From: Spirochaetia bacterium | Lineage (GTDB): Bacteria; Spirochaetota; Spirochaetia; DSM-2461 | Assembly: GCA_963668315.1 (NCBI GenBank) | Contig: OY764216.1 | Coordinates: 4,320,001-4,384,000, forward strand | Length of the DNA stretch: 64,000 nt | Direction of reading: 5' to 3' | Shown here: positions 35,109 through 45,045 of the stretch, piece by piece | Numbering within the stretch: position 1 is the stretch's first letter | Layout of the letters: every line of letters begins with the position of its first letter | Position numbers and translations under genes: made by a program | The notes under the pieces: model-generated | What the model was told of the DNA's origin: nothing | Databases searched by the model: none | The model's input: only the letters and a program-made list of their open reading frames with translations

Positions 35109-38100
35109 AGCCGGTAAGTCCTGATCTCAAAGGGTTTGAGGGAGATCTCCACTTCATCCTTCCCTTCTATCCTGTCACCCAGGAGATTCCACTCCATCAT
35201 ATCCGTTTCGGCAATCGATCTATTGCCGCCGTTCAGCATCAGGGTGCCCGATGAATTTTTACCCCGCAGTTCCACGAAACGGAGGACCAGGCTGTCATCC
35301 TTCTCGGATTTTTTCACCACCTCCAGAGAGATAACCTTCGAATCAAAGGTACAGGGAACGGCAATTTTCCCCATGAGTTCTCCGGCGGCGCAGTAGGGTT
35401 TCTGATTCAGCATGGCGCCCGCCTGATAGACGGAAGACTCTTCCAGACGACCCCTGTGGGGCATGAAGGCATAGGTAAATTCGTGCTCCCCGTAATCGGC
35501 ATCGGGATCGGGGTAGTTGGGAGAGCGGAGCAGATTCAGATCCAGTACATTCTCATGCACCTTGTAGCCGTACTTGCAGTCGTTCAGGAGGGCGGCTCCG
35601 TAGTCTTCACAGGAAAGATCCACGAACTTATGGGCCGCCGCCTCGAATTTGGCCATATCCCAGCTGGTATTCCTGTGGGTATTCCGCTTGACCGTACCGT
35701 ACTGGATATCGTAGGAGGCCTGATCGGCACGCACGTCCACGGGAAAACTGACCCGGAGCATCTTGTGCATTTCCCTCCAGTCCGCATGGGTATGGAAGCG
35801 GATCATCGGGGAATCTTCGGGCAGGACAATCTCCTGGGTCAGCCTGGATTCGCCCACCGTAAAGGTGAAGCGCAGTCCCTGACTGACGGGCCCCTTTTCC
35901 AGACCCTCCCATCCGGTCAGCACACCCTCGGCCATTTTCTGATTCTCATAAAAAATATCCACGTCCCAGGCATCGTACTGGTTGGGGACATCTTCGAACA
36001 GGCTGAAGACATTTCCCGGCCCGGCCATCATTTCCCGGTTCATCTCCTTGTCAAAACAGCCGGTCATGCGGCCCTTCTCGTCAAAGGTATAGCGGACAAG
36101 ACCGTTTTCAAGGACAAGGGCGGATTTCTCTGTAGAGACTGATTTCGGGGCGCCCTTTTGAATCCTTGTGAGGCTCATGGGCGGCAGAGGAGCGTTCAGG
36201 TACAGGCGGCTGCCCGTTTTCTGAACCTCCAGAGAGCGGCCCTCCCCGTCAAGGATCTCACAGCCCTCCCAGGAGAGGGGCAACTCGACCGGTTCGGAAT
36301 ATTCATGGGAGAGAATGTTGACCAGGGTGATGACATTTTCATCGGGAGTCAGCAGGGCTTGTTCCAGCTCATCCAGCTCGGAGAACAGTTTCTCATAGGT
36401 GGCATGGGCATCTTTGTAGACCCGGTTTATACTCGACCCGGGGATTATATCATGAAAATGGAGACAGAGCATATCTTTCCAGATGCGGTCCAGCTTTTCC
36501 GAAGGGTAACCGGCCAGATCGAAAAGGGAGTAGAGGAACTCCACCCGGCGGAGACGCTGTTCCATGAGGCGGTTGCGCTTCTTGACCAGAGCCTGGGTCG
36601 TCAGGGTGCCCCGGTGGTACTCCAGATAAAGTTCGCCGGACCAGACCGACAGCTCCTCCTTCCTCTCCGCCAGACGGTCAAAGAAATCATCGGCCCTGCC
36701 GAAAACGACCTGGGGCGTCCCCTCCAGATTCCCCTGTCTCAGACCGGCTTCGATCTGTTCCGCCTTGGGGCCGCCGCCCCCGTCACCTACGCCGAAGAGG
36801 ACCATAAACTCATCGAGGAAGGCTTTTTCCCCGAACTTCTCACCCGCCTTGCGCAGGCTGTCGGCAAAGAGATTGCTGTTATAGGTATCTTCCGGGGGAA
36901 AATGGGTCAGGACCTCGCTCCCGTCAATTCCCCGCCAGGTAAAGGTATGGTGGGGAAACTTGTTGAACTGGCTCCAGGAAATCTTCTGGGTAAGGAAAAA
37001 ATCTACCCCGCACTTTTTCATGATCTGGGGCATGGCGGCGGAATATCCGAACACATCGGGTATCCAGAGATTGCGGACATCCTCGCCGAACTCATCCCGG
37101 TAAAAATTCTTTCCGTGGAGAAACTGGCGGACCATGGACTCTCCGGAGATCACGTTGCAGTCGGCCTCGACCCACATGCCGCCCTGAAGCTCCCAGCGCC
37201 CCTCCTTCACCCTGGCCTTGATCCGCTCATAGAGATCGGGATAGTGCTTCTTCGTAAATTCGTAGTGCTGCGGCTGGGACGCCCCGAAAATGTACTCGGG
37301 ATAGCGTTCCATCAGGTCAAGCTGGCTGGAGAAAGTACGGCCGCATTTGCGGATAGATTCCCGGATGGGCCAGAGCCAGGCCGTATCGATATGAGCATGC
37401 CCCACGCTGACGGCCTTCAGATCCGATTCCCGGGCGGGCTGATTCAGGGCTTCGGCCAGAATAGTCCGGCAGGCGGAAATATCTTCCGGTCCGTAATGGG
37501 CATCCATGGCTTTTCCCAGAGTCCTCAGTATGCGGGCCCGGCGGACCGATTCAGCGGGCAGACCTATCATAAGCCGGTAAAGACAGGCGAAATCCATGGT
37601 GAACTGGAAATATTCCGGGCTGAACCGGCAGAGCTTCAGCTGCCTGACCTTGCCGTCATAGTGGCCGTGTCTCTTCGGGGCATGGCGGCGGGGATCCTGC
37701 TCTTTCTCGATTCCCATGAGATTGCTCGCCGAAGCTTCCACAATCAGGCTGATCTCTTCCCCGCCGTCGCAGCTCTTTGCCAGAGGACGCCAGAGTCGGG
37801 TATAATCGGACCAGAAAACAGAACTGTCGGAGAGTCCCTGAAGGGCGTTCCCCTCACCATCAAAAAGCAGAGCTTCCCCGCTGAAATCAAGGTAGGCCGC
37901 CAAAGCGGAACCTTTCCATGCTTCGGGAACGCGGGCGGTCAAATGAAACCAGGCGCTGTCCCACTCCTTACCCCAGCTCTCCCCCTCGGAAATAGGTTTC
38001 CATCCGTCGCTGCGGTCATTGGTCAGTCTTTCGGCGAAAGGGACGGGTTCATCGGACCGGTTAAAGGTCGCCTCGAATAGTACGGATTCACGACTCCACA

Positions 38101-38167
38101 GGGTGGGAAGCTTTTCAAGGAACTTCTCCGCCCGCCGTATATGCAGTTCTAACTCTTCTTTATGCAC
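35096..38167 (-). CDS. Alpha-mannosidase, glycoside hydrolase family 38
   Basis: GHAHIDTAWLW, GGMWVEAD, WIPDVFGYS, GDGGGGP, GELYLEYHRG and FHDIIPGS. Start placed at GTG 38167 after GGAG. Confidence 0.95.
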   Translation of the reverse strand: MHKEELELHIRRAEKFLEKLPTLWSRESVLFEATFNRSDEPVPFAERLTNDRSDGWKPISEGESWGKEWDSAWFHLTARVPEAWKGSALAAYLDFSGEALLFDGEGNALQGLSDSSVFWSDYTRLWRPLAKSCDGGEEISLIVEASASNLMGIEKEQDPRRHAPKRHGHYDGKVRQLKLCRFSPEYFQFTMDFACLYRLMIGLPAESVRRARILRTLGKAMDAHYGPEDISACRTILAEALNQPARESDLKAVSVGHAHIDTAWLWPIRESIRKCGRTFSSQLDLMERYPEYIFGASQPQHYEFTKKHYPDLYERIKARVKEGRWELQGGMWVEADCNVISGESMVRQFLHGKNFYRDEFGEDVRNLWIPDVFGYSAAMPQIMKKCGVDFFLTQKISWSQFNKFPHHTFTWRGIDGSEVLTHFPPEDTYNSNLFADSLRKAGEKFGEKAFLDEFMVLFGVGDGGGGPKAEQIEAGLRQGNLEGTPQVVFGRADDFFDRLAERKEELSVWSGELYLEYHRGTLTTQALVKKRNRLMEQRLRRVEFLYSLFDLAGYPSEKLDRIWKDMLCLHFHDIIPGSSINRVYKDAHATYEKLFSELDELEQALLTPDENVITLVNILSHEYSEPVELPLSWEGCEILDGEGRSLEVQKTGSRLYLNAPLPPMSLTRIQKGAPKSVSTEKSALVLENGLVRYTFDEKGRMTGCFDKEMNREMMAGPGNVFSLFEDVPNQYDAWDVDIFYENQKMAEGVLTGWEGLEKGPVSQGLRFTFTVGESRLTQEIVLPEDSPMIRFHTHADWREMHKMLRVSFPVDVRADQASYDIQYGTVKRNTHRNTSWDMAKFEAAAHKFVDLSCEDYGAALLNDCKYGYKVHENVLDLNLLRSPNYPDPDADYGEHEFTYAFMPHRGRLEESSVYQAGAMLNQKPYCAAGELMGKIAVPCTFDSKVISLEVVKKSEKDDSLVLRFVELRGKNSSGTLMLNGGNRSIAETDMMEWNLLGDRIEGKDEVEISLKPFEIRTYRLWQR

Positions 38168-38179
38168 AGTTGACTCCCG

Positions 38180-38250
38180 ATACAAAGGTTTGTATTCTCG
38201 GGATTCATCATATCACGGAGATAGGAAAAGTCAATACAAAGGTTTGTATT
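38180..38250 (-). promoter_or_regulatory. Mannosidase promoter with two LacI-type palindromic operators
   Basis: ATACAAAGGTTTGTAT at 38180-38195 and 38234-38249; TTGACT (38234-38229), 16-nt spacer, TATGAT (38212-38207, preceded by an extended TGn). Confidence 0.8.
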
Positions 38251-38299
38251 TCTTATGAAAAGCCTTTCCCGATGATACAGCCCATGGACTATCGGGGAA

Positions 38300-39226
38300 T
38301 CAGAAGGTTTCCCGCAGCTTTTTCAGCACCTGTTCGAAGGCTTCGGGCAGAGGGGCCTCGAAAGTCTGAGGCTCCTCCTCTCCGGGGAGGGTTATGGCCA
38401 GCTTCCAGGAGTGCAGCATCAGGGGAGCATCGGGAAAATGGTTATCCTTCCGGCCGTAGATGGGATCGCCAAGAATCGGCTTATTCAGAGATTTCATATG
38501 AACGCGGATCTGATGGGTCCGTCCCGTATGGATGCGGATCTCGAGGAGAGTGTATTTATCAAAGCGCTCCCTGACAATATAATCGGACTGGGACCATTTG
38601 CCCCGTTCTTCATCGACAAGAACAAATTTTTTCCGGTCCCGCTTATCCCTGACCATATACCCTTCTATCGTACCCGTAGAAGAGGGGGGGCTTCCCTTGA
38701 TGACGGCCAGATAGACCTTTTCCGTCTCCCGCTCCCGGAACTGTTCGGAAAGCATTTCAAGGGTTTCCCTGTCCTTGGCGGTAATGAGAACACCGGTCGT
38801 GTCCTTATCCAGCCTGTGAACGATGCCGGGCCTCCCCTCTTCCGAATCGAACTCCTCGGCCATTTCCCTGTTATGATGGAGCAATCCCTGCACCACCGTG
38901 CCGGTCCAGTTTCCCGCCGCCGGATGCACCACCATACCGGCCGGTTTGTTTATCACCACCACATGGGAATCCTCATAAATAACAGGCAGATCCAGATTTT
39001 CCGGTTCCAGTGTATGCTCCGTCTCTTCCTGCCACACTAGGAAAAGATTATCCCCGTCCTTTACCTTCTGGGAGAGTTTGATCTCCCGGCCCCCTTCCTT
39101 ATCATAGATGTGAAGATCACGGGCCTTTATCTGTCCCCTGGTCAGGATCTCCGCCCGGGCGATATAGCGGTCGGCCCGCTCTGTCATACTGTCGGGCAGC
39201 TGAACGGTGATATTACGGTTTATCAT
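38300..39226 (-). CDS. RluA/RluD-family pseudouridine synthase
   Basis: NKPAGMVVHP, GIVHRLDKDTTG, TGRTHQIRVH and PILGDPIYG. Confidence 0.95.
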   Translation of the reverse strand: MINRNITVQLPDSMTERADRYIARAEILTRGQIKARDLHIYDKEGGREIKLSQKVKDGDNLFLVWQEETEHTLEPENLDLPVIYEDSHVVVINKPAGMVVHPAAGNWTGTVVQGLLHHNREMAEEFDSEEGRPGIVHRLDKDTTGVLITAKDRETLEMLSEQFRERETEKVYLAVIKGSPPSSTGTIEGYMVRDKRDRKKFVLVDEERGKWSQSDYIVRERFDKYTLLEIRIHTGRTHQIRVHMKSLNKPILGDPIYGRKDNHFPDAPLMLHSWKLAITLPGEEEPQTFEAPLPEAFEQVLKKLRETF

Positions 39227-39569
39227 CTTTTTGTAATTCTCCCACAATAAAATCGGCCAGAGCCAGTATCCCCGAAAGGGAGACGCTTATGCTCATTTTC
39301 TGGCCCAATACGTCGTTCGTGTCAGCAGGCGGGGAGGCGGAACTCATGTCAAAATACATATCGTACCCCAGACTGGTGAACATATAGAAGAGAGGCAGGG
39401 CCCCGAAAAAAAGGACTTCCCCCCTCCTTAATTTCCCCAAAGCCGGGGAAAACTCATCTTCCTGATAGGGAACGGGTTCACTCTCTCCTGTCTGTTTCGT
39501 CTGCGTCCCCGTTGTGGCGCAGGAAAAAGAAAAAATCAGAATAAGAAAGCAAAGGGTAAATCGCTTCAA
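39213..39569 (-). CDS. Small hypothetical membrane lipoprotein
   Basis: FSC lipobox and two hydrophobic segments; coupled to yggS by a TTGA overlap. Confidence 0.7.
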   Translation of the reverse strand: MKRFTLCFLILIFSFSCATTGTQTKQTGESEPVPYQEDEFSPALGKLRRGEVLFFGALPLFYMFTSLGYDMYFDMSSASPPADTNDVLGQKMSISVSLSGILALADFIVGELQKDDKP

Positions 39570-40255
39570 TAGTTCCTGGCTCCGAATATAGCCGTTCCCA
39601 CCCGGATAATGGTAGCTCCTTCTTCAATGGCTTCCACATAGTCTCCCGACATCCCCATGGATAATTCGGAAAAATCCTGATCGGGAAAACGCTTCTGCGC
39701 CTCGTCTCTCCATTCACGGCAGAGGCGGAATGTCCGGCGGATCAGATCCCTCTCCTCGATAAAGGGAGCCATGGTCATGAATCCCCTGACACGGATATGT
39801 CCGAGTTTCCCTATCCCGTCCAGTTCGGCCAGCATCTCTTCAAGGGATCTGTAGCCGGCTTTACTCTCTTCGCCGGAAGTATTCAGCTCGAGGAGAATGT
39901 CCTGGCAGCGGCCCATTTCCCCATTGACCTTATCCAGTTTAGCGGCCAGCTTCAGGGAATCCACCGAGTGGATCAGGCGGAACTTCCCCGCCGTCTTCCC
40001 AACCTTATTACTCTGAAGATGCCCGATCAGATCGATTTCCACACCGGCAGGCAGTTTCTCCAGCTTTTCCAGGGCTTCATCCACCCGGTTCTCCCCGAAC
40101 AGAGTTTCCCCCGCTTCACATGCTTCCAGCAGCGCTTCTATCGGATTTCTCTTACTGACAGGCAAAAGCCTGATCGACTGAGGATCCCGCCCGCAGCTGA
40201 GAGCGGTCCGGTTCAAGTTATCTTTTATCTTTTGTAGATTATCTGCGATGGCCAT
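39566..40255 (-). CDS. yggS: PLP homeostasis protein YggS
   Basis: VSK, FGENRV, IGHLQSNK, HSVDS, LSMGMSGDY and IRVGTAIFG. Confidence 0.95.
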   Translation of the reverse strand: MAIADNLQKIKDNLNRTALSCGRDPQSIRLLPVSKRNPIEALLEACEAGETLFGENRVDEALEKLEKLPAGVEIDLIGHLQSNKVGKTAGKFRLIHSVDSLKLAAKLDKVNGEMGRCQDILLELNTSGEESKAGYRSLEEMLAELDGIGKLGHIRVRGFMTMAPFIEERDLIRRTFRLCREWRDEAQKRFPDQDFSELSMGMSGDYVEAIEEGATIIRVGTAIFGARNY

Positions 40256-40330
40256 GGGATAATTATAGACTGATTAAGCCGATTTGGGAACCATGAGGAA
40301 GTCCTGTCTGAACGTTCCCGGTCTGCCCGC

Positions 40331-40900
40331 TTATCCGGCTTCTCCCGTCCTTCTGAACTCCGTCTTCCGGATATAATACCACCTATGAAGGACCGGCTCG
40401 GGACTTTTCATCAGGACGTAGGGTTCCGTTCCGCCATAGGACATGCAAAGTTTCTTCAGGACCTTCTCGCTGGCCCTGTTTTCCAGATCACAGTAGGCTT
40501 TCATAATACTCAGGTCCAGATCTTCAAAGCAGAATTGAAGAATCCTTTGGGCCGCTTCGACCATCAAGCCCCGTCCCCAGTAGGGTTTGGCGATAATGTA
40601 ACCGAATTCTGCTCCGTTTATCTCCCTGTCCAGTGCATGAAGCCCGATGGTCCCAATCATTTTCCTGTCTTTTTTATGCAGGATGGCCCAGTCATAATAC
40701 ATCTCCCCGTCATACAGTTCCTGGGCGAGATCAATGAATTGAGCGGTTTTACCCTTTGATTCATGGGGGGGCCAGGACATGTATCGAACCGTTTCTTCAT
40801 CGGAAGTATAGGCGTACATGTCCTCAAGATGTTCAGGACTGATTTTCACGAGACGGAGACGATCCGTTTCCATCTCTCTGAATTTGTACTCTTCGGTCAA
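40331..40900 (-). CDS. GNAT acetyltransferase (RimJ/RimL-like)
   Basis: ETDRLRL, MIGTIGL, YWGRGLMVEA and NRASEKVLKK. Start placed at TTG 40900, overlapping the deoB stop. Confidence 0.85.
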   Translation of the reverse strand: MTEEYKFREMETDRLRLVKISPEHLEDMYAYTSDEETVRYMSWPPHESKGKTAQFIDLAQELYDGEMYYDWAILHKKDRKMIGTIGLHALDREINGAEFGYIIAKPYWGRGLMVEAAQRILQFCFEDLDLSIMKAYCDLENRASEKVLKKLCMSYGGTEPYVLMKSPEPVLHRWYYIRKTEFRRTGEAG

Positions 40901-42072
40901 AAGAACGGCGTACCCTTTTCCATCTTTGCCCCGTAACTCTCGGCTATCGTGGCTGCCAGATCGGCAAAGGTGGCGCGGATTCCCACAGAACCGCCCGGCT
41001 GTCCTTTGATCATATAAAGAAGGGGGACATATTCCCTGGTATGGTCCGTTCCTTTGAATGAGGGATCGCATCCGTGATCTCCCGTGATGACCAGCCGGTC
41101 TCCCTCTTCCAGGAGTTCCAGCATTTTGGGAAGCTTGGAATCGATCTTATCAACGGAATTAAAGTACCCTTCCACATCCCTCCGATGACCGTAAACCATG
41201 TCCGTATCGACGAGATTCACAAAGATGAATCTGTCCTTTTCGCTCTTTTCCTTAAGCACCTTCAAGGTCCGGCAGAGGCAGTCGGGATTGCCCGTATCAT
41301 GATAGGAGACATCAATCCCCTGCTCCAGAAAAATGGATCCGATCTTTCCCACGGCGACCGTTTCCACACCCTTTTTCTGCAGTACGTCGAGGATGGAATG
41401 CCCCGGCAGGGTGATGCTGTAGTCATGCCGTTCGGAAGTCCGGAAAAAAGCGCCCGGTTCCCCGTCGAAAGGACGGGCTATCACGCGGCCCACCTTCAGG
41501 GGATCGCACAGTTTCCGTGCCTTTTCGCAAAGGGCGTATAGTTCTTCTATGGAGTATTTTTCCCGGTGGCAGGCGATCTGAAAAACGGAATCGGCCGAGG
41601 TATAGCAGATGGGATATCCGGTTTTCAGGTGCTCTTCACCCAGTTCGTCGATAATGGCCGTCCCCGAGGCGGCTTTATTTCCGAGAATGCCGCCGCAGCC
41701 TGTTTCCTTTATAAATGCATTCACCAGCTTTTCAGGAAAGGAGGGATATTCTGCCGGAAAAACATGAAAGGGCTTATCAAGGATGAGCCCCGCCATTTCC
41801 CAGTGGCCCGTGGTGGTATCCTTTCCCGGTGACGCTTCATTCATGACACCGAACCAGGCCTCCGGATTCTCAACGGGCTTGAGGCCGTCCAGAGGATTCC
41901 CGAGCAGCAGGGAAGCGTTGCCAAGTCCCATCCGCTTAAGAAACGGCCATTTTTCTCCGTGTATAATACTGCAGATGTGACCTGCCGTATTGGCCCCGCT
42001 GTCTCCGTATTTCGAGGCATCCGGCAAAGCGCCGATGCCGAAGCTATCAATAACAAGCACAATCGTAGTCAT
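40897..42072 (-). CDS. deoB: Phosphopentomutase
   Basis: VIDSFGIG, GKDTTTGHWE, YTSADSVFQI, GRVIARPF, GDHGCDP and TDHTREYVP. Confidence 0.96.
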   Translation of the reverse strand: MTTIVLVIDSFGIGALPDASKYGDSGANTAGHICSIIHGEKWPFLKRMGLGNASLLLGNPLDGLKPVENPEAWFGVMNEASPGKDTTTGHWEMAGLILDKPFHVFPAEYPSFPEKLVNAFIKETGCGGILGNKAASGTAIIDELGEEHLKTGYPICYTSADSVFQIACHREKYSIEELYALCEKARKLCDPLKVGRVIARPFDGEPGAFFRTSERHDYSITLPGHSILDVLQKKGVETVAVGKIGSIFLEQGIDVSYHDTGNPDCLCRTLKVLKEKSEKDRFIFVNLVDTDMVYGHRRDVEGYFNSVDKIDSKLPKMLELLEEGDRLVITGDHGCDPSFKGTDHTREYVPLLYMIKGQPGGSVGIRATFADLAATIAESYGAKMEKGTPFF

Positions 42073-42212
42073 AGCGTCTTCCTTTATCCGGCAGTTAACC
42101 GGCCTTCAAATTCCATAATAATATCCTTTCGCCCGATTGTCCAATAAAAGCCTTATATTAGGTCAAAAAAATTCCGATTATGAAGATAAGATTTCTCAGG
42201 AGCGTCATAACG

Positions 42213-44936
42213 ATGAAAAAAGTGCTACCATTAATCCTCTTTATAACAATTCTTCCCCTTTTCGCCGGAGGAAAGCCGGAAATGCCCGGTGAACCGGCGG
42301 TTTTCGAATATCTCGATACCGGAGATGTGGAAGGATTGAAGCGTTACCTCCTTTCCGATAACCCGCAGGTGAATACCCCCAACAGCCAGGGGATATATCC
42401 TCTTCACCGTGCTGTGGAAAAGAACAGCCGGCAGATGAGTCTTCTTCTGCTGAACAGCATGGCGGCTCCCGATGTGAAAAATACCAAGGGTGAAACCCCT
42501 CTCCTCCTCAGTGCCAAAAGGGACAATCGGGAGCTGGTGGATCTTTTCCTTAAATGGGATGCCGACCCTCTCCTGCCCGACAATACCGGCACCTATGCCC
42601 TCCATTACGGGGTTAGAAACAACGATTTGGCCGTCGTCAGCGAACTGATTCCCGTCATGGATAATCCGGATATTCCCGACGGAGAGGGAAAATCGGCCCT
42701 TCTGATAGCCGTGGAAGAGGATTACCGCGATGTGGCCTCCTATCTGGTGGACAGCGGGGCGGATATCTATTACGAATCGTCCGACGGCATCCGTCCTGCG
42801 GAACTGCTCATTGAAGAGAAGGATCTGGAACTCATCAAGGCGGTAATTCGGGAAGAAAACTATCCCCGCTCCTTTGACAAGCCCTATCCCCTTCTCCACC
42901 GTGCCGTCGAACAGGGCCAGAGGGACATCTGCGAATATTTCATGGGTCTGAACAAGAAAGCCATGGATATCGCCGACGTGGAGGGCCGTCTGCCCATCGA
43001 CATAGCCCTCAGTTACAAAAGAAGCTATGACCATGCCCTGATCGCGAAATTCCTGATTGACCAGGGCTCCAAAAGAAGCAACCTGAGGGAATTCTCCTAT
43101 ATAACCGATCTTTTCCGAAATGAAGATATCACCATGGATCTGGGAGAGGGTGTGACCCCCCTTCACATGGCGGCCATGATGGGCCACGAAGGCCTCATTA
43201 AACTGATGATCAGCCGCTATTCTCCCGACCTGGATGTCAAGGATTCCGTGGGGGGAACTCCCCTTCTCTTTGCCGTCAGGGGCGGTCATGAAGCGATAGT
43301 TCAGATACTTCTGGATAAGGGAGCCGATGTTAATCAGTCGGACAATTATGAGCAGACGCCTCTCCACGCCGCCATCGGCCTGAACAACTACGCCACCATG
43401 ATCGATCTTCTGGTCAGCAGCGGCGCCCATATCAATCAGCAGGATGTTCACGGAAATACGGCTCTTCATCTGGCCGTGCAGTACGGACTCAGCCGTAATG
43501 TGGTGGAAGCCCTGGTGAATAAGGGGGCCGACGCCAATATACGGAACAGCGAGGGAAGCATCCCCCTCATCTATGCCCTTCTCGGGGAGAGAAACGACCT
43601 GATTCCCTTCCTTACGCCGATCTCCGATATTTTTGCCGTAAATCTGGATGATCAGTCCGCCGTTCTTCTTGCCCTTTCGGGGGATATGGCCCTTATGGAG
43701 AGCTTCTTCACTCCCCGCAACCTGGCTCTACAGGATGTGGAAGGCAATTCGGCGCTCCATTACGCTGCAACTTACCCCCTGGACGAGCTTACCACGGAAA
43801 AAATGGAATTCATGGTAAACCTGGGGGCCGATCCCAACCTGCGTAATGCCCGGGGTATGACCCCCCTTCACAGCGCCATAGAGAGTTTCTACTGGAAAAC
43901 AGCCAATACCCTGACCGGGCTTGGGGCCGATATGTACCTGGCGAACAACGCCGGTGAGACGGCCCTTCATATGGCTTACGTCCGGGGCAGCGATTTCTCC
44001 ATCCGCTTCCTTACAGACGGAAACGATCTGCTGGAAGTTACCGACCTGGCGGGCAACACGCCCCTGTTCCACGCGATCCGTGAGTACCACCTGCCTCTGA
44101 TAAAACTTCTCATCGCCAGCGGCGCCGAAGTGGACCACAAGAACAATCTGGGCCAGACGCCCCTCTTCACGGCGGTAAAGGAAAACTCCCTGGAATCGGT
44201 ACAGATACTCCTGGATAACGGCGCCGACCTGAATGTGGTGGATACGGCGGGAAACACGCTCCTGCACTTTCTCGTCCAGGCGCAGAACGTGAACTGGGTC
44301 GTCGGTGATATCCTGGTTGACGGGGGACTCTCGGTAAACAGTCACAACAACGAAGGCCTGACCCCGCTCCATGTCGCCATCAAGCAGGTTTCCACCACGG
44401 GAGCCGCCTATCTCATCGATAAAGACGCCGATGTTGATCCCCTGGACAAAAACGGCTTCACCCCCCTGTTTTACGCCGTCATGGAAGATTCGGTAGATCT
44501 GGTGAATTTCCTCCTTATCAACGGGGCAGGCATCAACAAAAGAGATCTCCGGGGCAATACGGTGCTTCATGCCTCCGTTCTTCAAGCCGTGGACATGGAT
44601 AACGGGGAAATGGTAGATCTCCTTCTGGACTGGAAGGCGGATATATTCGCCCGGAATAAAATCGGCGACACCCCCCTCGGCCTGGCCATAGAGGTCGGCC
44701 CCGTGGTTCTCGACCATATACTCAAGGAAGGAACGATCAACTCCATCAACAATGAGGGCAATACACCCCTTCATTACGCTCTGGAAGCGGAGGCCCCCGA
44801 TGCGGTCATTGAAATCATACTGGGGGAAGGGGCTGATAAAAAAGCGATCAACGGCAAGGGAGAGACTCCCCTGCAGACTGCGGAGAACAAGGGCTACGGC
44901 AGTTATATTCTGAATTTGCTGAAAGCTGAAAGCTGA
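42213..44936 (+). CDS. Exported ankyrin-repeat protein
   Basis: Signal peptide ending LFAGG; many G.TPLH.A...L...GAD repeats; AGGAG Shine-Dalgarno before ATG 42213. Confidence 0.92.
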   Translation: MKKVLPLILFITILPLFAGGKPEMPGEPAVFEYLDTGDVEGLKRYLLSDNPQVNTPNSQGIYPLHRAVEKNSRQMSLLLLNSMAAPDVKNTKGETPLLLSAKRDNRELVDLFLKWDADPLLPDNTGTYALHYGVRNNDLAVVSELIPVMDNPDIPDGEGKSALLIAVEEDYRDVASYLVDSGADIYYESSDGIRPAELLIEEKDLELIKAVIREENYPRSFDKPYPLLHRAVEQGQRDICEYFMGLNKKAMDIADVEGRLPIDIALSYKRSYDHALIAKFLIDQGSKRSNLREFSYITDLFRNEDITMDLGEGVTPLHMAAMMGHEGLIKLMISRYSPDLDVKDSVGGTPLLFAVRGGHEAIVQILLDKGADVNQSDNYEQTPLHAAIGLNNYATMIDLLVSSGAHINQQDVHGNTALHLAVQYGLSRNVVEALVNKGADANIRNSEGSIPLIYALLGERNDLIPFLTPISDIFAVNLDDQSAVLLALSGDMALMESFFTPRNLALQDVEGNSALHYAATYPLDELTTEKMEFMVNLGADPNLRNARGMTPLHSAIESFYWKTANTLTGLGADMYLANNAGETALHMAYVRGSDFSIRFLTDGNDLLEVTDLAGNTPLFHAIREYHLPLIKLLIASGAEVDHKNNLGQTPLFTAVKENSLESVQILLDNGADLNVVDTAGNTLLHFLVQAQNVNWVVGDILVDGGLSVNSHNNEGLTPLHVAIKQVSTTGAAYLIDKDADVDPLDKNGFTPLFYAVMEDSVDLVNFLLINGAGINKRDLRGNTVLHASVLQAVDMDNGEMVDLLLDWKADIFARNKIGDTPLGLAIEVGPVVLDHILKEGTINSINNEGNTPLHYALEAEAPDAVIEIILGEGADKKAINGKGETPLQTAENKGYGSYILNLLKAES

Positions 44937-44980
44937 AAGCTGAAAGCTGAAAGCTGAAAGCTGAAAGCTGAAAGCTGAAA
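44918..44980 (+). repeat. Tandem heptamer (GCTGAAA)x9
   Basis: Nine perfect copies; the ankyrin TGA stop (44934-44936) lies inside the array. Confidence 0.97.
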
Positions 44981-44988
44981 AAAGTAGT

Positions 44989-45031
44989 ATCAGTCGGTCT
45001 CTATGTCGATAGTTACCGACTGATTTTTTTT
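44989..45031 (+). terminator. Intrinsic terminator
   Basis: ATCAGTCGGT...ACCGACTGAT stem with inner CTAT/ATAG, followed by a T-run, between convergent genes. Confidence 0.75.
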
Positions 45032-45045
45032 CCTATTTCGGCTAC

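Noticed and set aside
36158..38080. 640-aa plus-strand ORF
   Set aside because: Lies entirely antisense to the GH38 mannosidase and has no recognisable domain.
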